Positions 57,218 to 64,000 of a stretch of 64,000 bases of DNA are shown here, piece after piece. The DNA comes from an uncultured Gemmatimonadaceae bacterium (lineage in GTDB: Bacteria; Gemmatimonadota; Gemmatimonadetes; Gemmatimonadales; Gemmatimonadaceae), in the NCBI GenBank assembly GCA_963781585.1, contig CAWAGQ010000004.1:32001-96000 (forward strand), written 5' to 3'. Under the pieces are notes generated by a model that worked only from the letters and a program-made list of their open reading frames with translations, ran no database searches and had not been told where the DNA came from. Position numbers and translations under genes: made by a program. Positions within the stretch are counted from its first letter, which is position 1. Every line of letters starts with the position of its first letter.

Positions 57218-57855
57218 GCCGCCATTGCGCGTCGCCGGCGGAAGGCTGCCCCCAGACCCCCCAATCCGCTGGCCAGCAGGAGCAGGCTCGTCGGCTCGGG
57301 CGCGACGTTGGTGCCGCCTCCGTCCAGGGTTGGCGTATCGCCCGGCGGCGGCGTTGACGGGTCGATGATCACCTGCGGCTGTGGCGGCGTGAAGCGGACG
57401 TCGTCCACGCTCAGCGTGCCGTACCCTTCGTAAACCCAGAACCGAACCTCGTCCACGCTCCCGGCATATCCCGGGTTCACCGGAATCGGACTGCCCTGAA
57501 GAAGGAATGAGCCGGTGTAGACGCTCGTCCCACCGAGCAGCAGCTCGAGGTAGTAGGTGCCAAATCCACTCGCCGACATTCCTCCGAACGACACCGGGCC
57601 ATTGAGAAACGTCCAGCCCATGGCCAGGCCCGCGCTGAGGTAATTCGGTGAAGAGGATGCGGCATTCCAGGTTGTCGGACTGCTCTGGCAGGTGACCCCC
57701 GCGGTCAACGCGATCCAGCTCTGGTACGTGCTGAGCGGAGTACCCGAGCAGGGGTTCAGATTGTCGAAGTTCAAGGTTACCTGCTGCGCCCCTGCGGTGG
57801 CGGACAAGGCCGCACCTGTCGCGAACACGATAATTGCAGTGTTGAGTTTCTTCAT
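57214..57855 (-). CDS. PEP-CTERM sorting domain protein
   Basis: Signal peptide; C-terminal VAPEPTSLLLLASGLGGLGAAFRRRR. Confidence 0.92.
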   Translation of the reverse strand: MKKLNTAIIVFATGAALSATAGAQQVTLNFDNLNPCSGTPLSTYQSWIALTAGVTCQSSPTTWNAASSSPNYLSAGLAMGWTFLNGPVSFGGMSASGFGTYYLELLLGGTSVYTGSFLLQGSPIPVNPGYAGSVDEVRFWVYEGYGTLSVDDVRFTPPQPQVIIDPSTPPPGDTPTLDGGGTNVAPEPTSLLLLASGLGGLGAAFRRRRAMAA

Positions 57856-57914
57856 GCCGGCCCCACCTCAGGTTCAGCAACCGGGGGACATCCAGTGCTG
57901 GTACCCAATGCTTG

Positions 57915-57930
57915 AGCATGCTTCGGGCCA
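57915..57930 (-). promoter_or_regulatory. Putative sigma54 -24/-12 promoter of the PEP-CTERM gene
   Basis: TGGCCCGAAGCATGCT (GG-N10-GC) 60 nt upstream of the ATG. Confidence 0.55.
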
Positions 57931-58135
57931 TCGGCCATTCATGGGGGCGTTCGGCTTCCTCGGCTATCTTGCAAGCCGTTCTGGTTGTTGATATTACGAC
58001 GTCGCTGTTGTGTGACACCGAGCCTTGATTTTCTGCCACTACGTGTTGCTCGCGGCGGTCACATCCCGGGTTGGAGCCGAACAGGCTCAACAACAAAGGG
58101 CTACCGAAAGTGGCGGACGGGGGGCGTTGGGGCAG

Positions 58136-59257
58136 CTATGCGGCGAGCACGGGCAGGGCGGTACGTGCCTGGCCGGCCCGCTCTATCACGCCGCCACCAA
58201 CAACGCGGTCGTCATCGTACAGGACGAGCGACTGACCAGGGGTGATGGCTGCAACGGGCTCGTCGAGCGCGAGTTCGACCTCGTGAGGGTCCAGCCGGAT
58301 GATCTCGGCTGGCGAGGCTGGCGCGCGGTGACGAATCTGGAGTGTGACACGCTGACCCACTTGTGGCGACGCACCCAGCCAGTTGGTCTCCCGCGCCACG
58401 ACGCCGCGACCAAGGAGTGATTCCCGTGGTCCGATCACCACGGCGCGCGACTCTGGTCGGATGGCAATGACATACATCGCCCCGGCGAAGCCCCCAGGGA
58501 GACCGCGGCGCTGGCCAATGGTGTAGCGCGCGTAGCCGGCATGCTCGCCGACGATCCGACCGTCACTCAGGATGATTGGCCCGGTGGCGAGCGCCGGCGC
58601 GTCGGCGCCCAGGCGCCTGGCGATCACGCGCGTGTGATCACCATCCGGGACAAAGCAGATGTCCTGGCTCTCGATCTTCTCGGCAACGACGTCGAGCCCA
58701 AGATCGCGAGCTCGAGCGCGGGTTTCGGTCTTGGAGAGGAAGCCGATGGGGAGAAGCATGCGACGGACCACGCGCCGATCGATGCCCCACAGGAAGTAGG
58801 ACTGGTCCTTCCGTGCGTCGGCTCCACGATACAGCGCGCCGTCGATCACTCTGGCGTAATGCCCGGTGGCAATGAAGTCGGCGTCGATGGCGTCGGCCTT
58901 CCGGACCAGATCGCGGAACTTCGTGAACGTGTTGCAGCGCACGCACGGAATCGGGGTTCGGCCGCGCGCGTATTCCTGCACGAAATCGTCGACCACATCG
59001 CGGCCGAAGTCGCGCTCCATGTTCAGCACATAGTGCGGAACTGATAGCCGCTCGCAGACCCGTCGCGCGTCGTTGATGGAATCGAGTGAGCAGCACGGAC
59101 GGTCGGGGACCGCGTCGCCATAACAGAACAATTTCATGGTGACGCCGACGACTTCGAACCCCTGCTCGCTGAGCAGCGCGGCGGCTACGGAGGAATCGAC
59201 TCCGCCGGACATGGCCACCAGACAGCGTCCTCTCACGCGCGGCTTCAGATCCAGCAT
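58136..59257 (-). CDS. mnmA: tRNA 2-thiouridylase MnmA
   Basis: VAMSGGVDSSV, TPIPCVRCN, ATGHYA, KDQSYFL, ESQDICF, YTIGQRRGL, TPGQ; start uncertain. Confidence 0.97.
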   Translation of the reverse strand: MLDLKPRVRGRCLVAMSGGVDSSVAAALLSEQGFEVVGVTMKLFCYGDAVPDRPCCSLDSINDARRVCERLSVPHYVLNMERDFGRDVVDDFVQEYARGRTPIPCVRCNTFTKFRDLVRKADAIDADFIATGHYARVIDGALYRGADARKDQSYFLWGIDRRVVRRMLLPIGFLSKTETRARARDLGLDVVAEKIESQDICFVPDGDHTRVIARRLGADAPALATGPIILSDGRIVGEHAGYARYTIGQRRGLPGGFAGAMYVIAIRPESRAVVIGPRESLLGRGVVARETNWLGASPQVGQRVTLQIRHRAPASPAEIIRLDPHEVELALDEPVAAITPGQSLVLYDDDRVVGGGVIERAGQARTALPVLAA

Positions 59258-59306
59258 CCAACGCGACCGGTGGGTTCCCGGCATGGCGCCGGTACTGGGG
59301 TCTGCA

Positions 59307-60470
59307 TCACGCGTAGGTCATCCCCGAGAGCTTGCGCGCCCTGGCAATGAGAGCGGGAAAGAGCTCGGCCACGCGCTCGACGTGCTCCGCCGTCGTCAGG
59401 CTTCCAAGGCTGATGCGGATCGCTCCTGCCGCGAGCTCGTGCGGGACGCCAATGGCCGTGAGCACGTGCGACGGGTCCACGTTGCCGCTCTGGCAGGCGG
59501 AGCCTGCGGAGCACGCCACGCCCTTGAGGTCGAGCGCCATCAGCATCGACTCGCTGTCAGTGCCCGGCACCGAGATGTTGAGGATGTGAGGCGCGCGGGG
59601 CGCATCCCTGCCATGCACGCGGGCGTCTGGAATGCGCTCGACAAGGGCGGACTCCAGCGCGTCGCGGAGTGTCTCGAGCCGTCGCCACTCTTCCTCGCGT
59701 TCGACGGCGGCGAGCTCTACTGCCCGGGCAAAGCCGACAGCCAGAGCGACGTTTTCGGTCCCTGGGCGGCGTCCGCGATCCTGCGTCCCGCCGTGCAGCA
59801 GGGGTTCCACTGGCGAGCCACGACGAATGTAGGCGGCGCCGATGCCCTTTGGCGCGCCGATCTTGTGCCCCGAGATCGTGAGATAGTCCACCGGTGTCGA
59901 CGCGACATCGATCATCACCTTGCCGAACGCCTGCACGGCGTCGCTATGAAAGAAGGCCCCGCGGGCCTTCGCGACGACGGCAAGCGAGGCGATGTCCTGG
60001 ATGACGCCGATCTCGTTGTTCACCCACATCACGGAACAGACCGCGACTGCGTCATCCACCAGCTGCTCGAAGCTCTCCCGCCGGACCAGGCCGTCCCGGT
60101 CCACGGCCACCAGGCGCTCTTCGCCTCCCTCACGCACCACTTCATGCACGGCGCCCAGGACAGCCTTGTGCTCGATCGGTGTCGTCACGAGTGCGCGCCG
60201 CGCATGCCGGATGGCGCGCCAGGCGCCCAACACCGCCAGATTGTCCGCCTCGGTACCTCCCGATGTGAAGCAGATCTCGTCTGGGAACGCGCCAATGGCG
60301 CGGGCCACCCGCTCGCGAGCCTCGTCGAGGGCGGCGCGCGCCTCGCGACCCCATCGATGGGTGCTCGACGGGTTCCCGAAGCGCGGCCCAAAGAACGGCA
60401 GCATGACCTCGAGCACCTCGGGCCGAACCGGGGTGGTGGCGGCATGGTCGAGATAGATCGGAGCGGGCAT
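59307..60470 (-). CDS. iscS: Cysteine desulfurase (IscS/NifS family)
   Basis: IYLDHAATTP, GNPSS, TSGGTEADN, SGHK, GTEN, SAGSAC. Confidence 0.92.
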   Translation of the reverse strand: MPAPIYLDHAATTPVRPEVLEVMLPFFGPRFGNPSSTHRWGREARAALDEARERVARAIGAFPDEICFTSGGTEADNLAVLGAWRAIRHARRALVTTPIEHKAVLGAVHEVVREGGEERLVAVDRDGLVRRESFEQLVDDAVAVCSVMWVNNEIGVIQDIASLAVVAKARGAFFHSDAVQAFGKVMIDVASTPVDYLTISGHKIGAPKGIGAAYIRRGSPVEPLLHGGTQDRGRRPGTENVALAVGFARAVELAAVEREEEWRRLETLRDALESALVERIPDARVHGRDAPRAPHILNISVPGTDSESMLMALDLKGVACSAGSACQSGNVDPSHVLTAIGVPHELAAGAIRISLGSLTTAEHVERVAELFPALIARARKLSGMTYA

Positions 60471-60611
60471 GGCCGAAATATAGGATGGTTGAGGGAGGTG
60501 GAGGGCCCCGCAGCCGGTTCGCTGAATCAGGTCAACCGGCTTCGCGTCGGCGGCGCGGTGTCGCCGTTGGTGCCGCGGACCTCCACGCGTCGGGCACCCT
60601 TCGCGAAGCTC

Positions 60612-61298
60612 TCAGGGCGCGGGGAACCGACGAAGGAGAGCCCGGACCGGAGCGGCGTCGGCGCCTTCGATCCGGACCGGCGCTGCCATCAGCTCGTATC
60701 TGCCGGCCTCGATGTTGCGCAGGTCGAGGTTCTCGAGAATGCACGCGCCGTGCGAAAAAAGCGCGCGGTGAACAGGCAGCGTGCGACTGGTGCGCGGATC
60801 CACCGACGGGGCGTCCACGCCCAGCAGTCGAAGGCCCGCGCTGAGCAGGGCGTCCGCGCACTGCTCCGACAGCACGGGCCAGTCATTGGGGAACGATCCG
60901 TCGGCGATGCTGCGCCCCGTCCTGAGGAGCAGACGGCCGCCGACAATCCGGTTGACCGCGACGTGCTCCAGGCCGATCTCGCCGACGCACGATCGCGCAT
61001 CCACCACCGTAGCCAGGCCCACGAACGCATCCAGCGGAAGATCTCCGGCACCCACCGACCCGGCCTCTAGGTGGACCGGTGCATCGGCATGGGTCCCCAC
61101 GTGCGGACTGCCGCACAGGACCGAGACGTTCACCGAGTCGCCGAGCGCGATCTGCCAGGTCCACCGGCACGAAAACGGGGTGTCACCCGGCCATTCCGGG
61201 GTTCCCTCGCGCAGGGCAACGCTGATGTCGATCAGCGTTTCGTCGCCCGGGGGTGCGGGGACCGCCTTGGGCGCACCGCCTGGCCTCGCATCAGCCAT
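60612..61298 (-). CDS. kynB: Kynurenine formamidase (cyclase family)
   Basis: WPGDTPF, HVGTHADAPVH, GVDAPSVD, ILENL, DAAPVRA; overlaps the kynA stop. Confidence 0.88.
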   Translation of the reverse strand: MADARPGGAPKAVPAPPGDETLIDISVALREGTPEWPGDTPFSCRWTWQIALGDSVNVSVLCGSPHVGTHADAPVHLEAGSVGAGDLPLDAFVGLATVVDARSCVGEIGLEHVAVNRIVGGRLLLRTGRSIADGSFPNDWPVLSEQCADALLSAGLRLLGVDAPSVDPRTSRTLPVHRALFSHGACILENLDLRNIEAGRYELMAAPVRIEGADAAPVRALLRRFPAP

Positions 61299-62055
61299 CG
61301 GTTGTCCCATCGCCCGCTGCGAAAACGCGCGATCGCACGCTCCAGAGCTCGGGAAAGAAGCGTTGCTGGAGTGTTCGCTGCAGGTAGCGGGCGCCCAATG
61401 TGCCGCCGGTCCCCTCGGTCTGTGGCCCGATCATGCGCTCCACCAGTTGCACGTGCAGGTACCGCCAGCGCTGGAATCCCTGCTCATACTCGATCAGGCT
61501 TTCGGCCAGCAGAAAGATCACCGACGGTGCGGGATCGGCGTACACCTGCTCCACGGTGAGGCCGGCGCGACGCAGAAAATCGAGCAGGTATTGCTGCAGG
61601 GTGGGTCGCGCCAGAGCCCGCTGCACCACCTCCGGGATCTCTCCATGCTCGCGCAGCACCTGCATGAAGTGGTCGTCGCGCAACCCGCTGAGGGCCTCGA
61701 TGGCGCGAAACTGCTCGCTCTGGCCTCCGCTGGCCGAGCCCAGATATCCGCGGAACTGCGCGAATCGCTGCGGCGGGAGCGTGTCGAGCGCGGAGAGCTG
61801 GGCGGCCACGATTCCGACCACGGCGTTGATGCGCCGCGTGACCGCCAGCGCCTCGAGCGCGGCGTCCGCCGTCAGGTGCCTGACGAGCAGGTCCAGCTCC
61901 CGCAGTATCACCTTGAACCAGAGCTCACTCGACTGGTGCACGATGATGAAGAGGAGCTCGTCGCCGTGCTCGGGCACCGAACGCGGCCGTTGCAGCCCTA
62001 GCAGCTCGTCAACCGCGAGATAGGTCCCGTACGTCAACTCCGGTGCGGAGGCCAC
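61291..62055 (-). CDS. kynA: Tryptophan 2,3-dioxygenase
   Basis: TYGTYL, DELLFIIVHQSSELWFK, ASGGQSEQFR, WRYLH..VERMIG, GTGGT, FFPELW. Confidence 0.93.
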   Translation of the reverse strand: MASAPELTYGTYLAVDELLGLQRPRSVPEHGDELLFIIVHQSSELWFKVILRELDLLVRHLTADAALEALAVTRRINAVVGIVAAQLSALDTLPPQRFAQFRGYLGSASGGQSEQFRAIEALSGLRDDHFMQVLREHGEIPEVVQRALARPTLQQYLLDFLRRAGLTVEQVYADPAPSVIFLLAESLIEYEQGFQRWRYLHVQLVERMIGPQTEGTGGTLGARYLQRTLQQRFFPELWSVRSRVFAAGDGTTDG

Positions 62056-62057
62056 GG

Positions 62058-62783
62058 TCAGAACGTCGAAACGGTGAGCGCGACCACGTCATCGACCCGC
62101 ATCGTCTCGGTGAGGTGAAAGGGCTCCCCGTAGCGCGTACGGATGAGCGATCCATAGTGGGCCGCCTGGTGCCGGATGATGTCGAGCAGCGACTCGCCGT
62201 TGGGGTACACCTCGCCCGCCTGGGTCACGTCGCCGAACTGGGATGCGTAGCACCGAATCGCTTCGACCTTGCGCTCGAACTCGTCGCTGACGTCCACCAC
62301 GAACGTGGGTTTGAGGTAGTCTTCGCGGTAGGCGATGCTGTGCAGCACCTTGAGCGGGCGATGTGGCGGCAGCGAGGGTTCGATGCGTCGCAGGCCGGCG
62401 ACGAAGCAGGCGTCACGGGCGAGCTCGGCGGTGGCCCGATGATCAGGATGGCGCCCGAACGGGAATGGTGCCGTCGTGATGACCACTCGCGGCTTGAGCC
62501 GGCGAATGACGCGAGCGACCAGAATGCGCGCGTCCGGCGTGTTCTCTATCCTCGAATCCGGCAGCCCCAGATTCTCACGAACCGACGCCCCGAGCACCTT
62601 GGCGGCGGCGGCGGCTTCGCGGACGCGGATTTCGGGAGACCCCCGGGATGCCATCTCGCCAGCGGCGAGGTCGAGGATACCAACGCGGTAGCCCTGGCTG
62701 GACGCCTTGAGCAATGTGCCTCCGCACGTGAGCTCCGCGTCGTCCGGGTGTGGGAAGATTGCCAGCAGGTCGAGGTCAGGCAT
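62058..62783 (-). CDS. bshB1: Bacillithiol biosynthesis deacetylase BshB1 (PIG-L family)
   Basis: HPDDAELTCGG, GEMASRG, R.REA, NLGLPD, RHPDH, YASQF, YGEPF. Confidence 0.8.
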   Translation of the reverse strand: MPDLDLLAIFPHPDDAELTCGGTLLKASSQGYRVGILDLAAGEMASRGSPEIRVREAAAAAKVLGASVRENLGLPDSRIENTPDARILVARVIRRLKPRVVITTAPFPFGRHPDHRATAELARDACFVAGLRRIEPSLPPHRPLKVLHSIAYREDYLKPTFVVDVSDEFERKVEAIRCYASQFGDVTQAGEVYPNGESLLDIIRHQAAHYGSLIRTRYGEPFHLTETMRVDDVVALTVSTF

Positions 62784-63197
62784 CAGGGAAACGTACAGGC
62801 CGGCAGAGGATTTGGTGGTTCGAACGGTCGGGGATAGCGCCTTGTCGCGTCGCCTCCCCGGCAAACGGCCGCGCAATGCCTGTGGTGGCCAAGCCGCTCC
62901 GGTGCAGAAAGTTAAGGCAGATGAACGATTTCATTACGAATTGATTAAGGTCGGTTCGCGCTGGCGCTGATGGATCTACATTGGGCCGCCGAAACGGGAA
63001 TTGCGTCGCGATGATGGCTCTCCCTACCCGGAGGGCCCGGATGAGGGACAACCGGGAGGCACCATCGCGGTGTCTGAAGGACGTGCGGAACTCGCCCATG
63101 CCGAGTTGGGCGTCTGTCGCGAGGGTCTTGCTGGGCAACCGCGCCACGGGTCGTCGGGTCAGCCTCGCCGATTGAACCTCTCCCCCCGGAGCTTCGG

Positions 63198-64000
63198 ATG
63201 ATGCGCCTCTTTCGTCGTCGCTGGTTCATCCTTCTCGCGACCGCAGTGCTGGTGGGCGTGCCGAGTGCGTGGGTCTTGACGAGACGCGAGGCATCGGGGG
63301 GAGGCGCGGTGACGGCGCCGGTGAAGAAGGGGGAGTTCAAGGTCATCGTGACGACCACCGGAGAGCTCCGCGCGCTGAAGGATGTGCGGATCACCGGACC
63401 CATGAATGCCCAGCAGGCGCAGATCTACCAGCTCAAGATCTCCACCCTGATTCCCGAGGGAACGGTGGTAAAGGAGGGGGACGTGGTGGCGGAACTCGAT
63501 CGCGCACCGGCTGCGACCAAGCTCACCGAAGTCTCGCTCGCTCTGCAGAAGGCCCAGGCGCAATACGAGCAGGCGCAGCTCGACTCCACGCTCAACCTCT
63601 CGACGGCGCGCGAGGAAATGAAGACGATGGAACTCTCCCTCGAGGAGAAGCGGATCGCCAAGGAACAGGCGGTCTACGAAGCCCCCAGCATACAGCGCCA
63701 GGCGGAGATCGATCTCGAGCGGGCACAGCGCGCACTCGATCAGGCGAAGGTCGACTACGGGACCAAGACCGAGCAGGCGAAGGCCAAGATGCGCGAGGTC
63801 GGCGCCGACTACGATCGCCAGAAGAACCTGCTCGCGACCGTCCAGGACGTGATGGCGAATTTCACCATCAAGGCCCCGGGCCCGGGCATGGTCATCTACA
63901 TCCGCGAGTGGAACGGCAAGAAGCGGACGGCCGGGGCACAAATCGGATCGTGGGACCCCGCGGTGGCGACCCTTCCGGATCTGAGCCAGATGGAATCGAT
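63198..64000 (+). CDS. Efflux periplasmic adaptor (HlyD/MFP family), 3'-truncated
   Basis: N-terminal TM, EGTVVKEGDVVAELD, long coiled coil, TIKAPGPGMV; open to the window end. Confidence 0.85.
   Translation, partial: MMRLFRRRWFILLATAVLVGVPSAWVLTRREASGGGAVTAPVKKGEFKVIVTTTGELRALKDVRITGPMNAQQAQIYQLKISTLIPEGTVVKEGDVVAELDRAPAATKLTEVSLALQKAQAQYEQAQLDSTLNLSTAREEMKTMELSLEEKRIAKEQAVYEAPSIQRQAEIDLERAQRALDQAKVDYGTKTEQAKAKMREVGADYDRQKNLLATVQDVMANFTIKAPGPGMVIYIREWNGKKRTAGAQIGSWDPAVATLPDLSQMES

Noticed and set aside
62855..63000. c-di-GMP-I riboswitch suggested by GGCAAAC
   Set aside because: Lacks the GNRA stem and the downstream GACGCAAAGC element

Overview
High-GC bacterial chromosomal window, probably Gemmatimonadota (inferred from gene content and protein style, not verified). 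It is mostly core genes: priA, murQ-anmK, amidase, class II RNR nrdJ, tal-pyk-pgi-fba, SRP RNA-dnaX-ybaB-recR-mglB-mglA-pgsA-cinA-grpE-dnaJ, and bshB1-kynA-kynB-iscS-mnmA. An accessory-looking stretch at about 20.9-39 kb holds secreted and lipoprotein genes. I see no mobile element, CRISPR array, tRNA or rRNA. The best leads are: (1) two paralogous cold-shock genes with long, promoter-bounded 5' leaders sharing a position-conserved RNA architecture, one heading a csp-terminator-rpsU-infA unit; (2) a FecR anti-sigma protein fused to a degenerate ECF sigma region-2-like domain with no region 4; (3) a His/Cys-rich DUF2946/CruR-like leader ORF ending in AIGPP upstream of a TonB-dependent receptor; (4) a HEXXH metallopeptidase paired with a Ddl-like ATP-grasp ligase; (5) a ubiquitin-like (YukD-type) protein, deacetylase, orphan GvpL/F and Zn-ribbon kinase cluster. 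All calls come from visual motif recognition; no searches were run.
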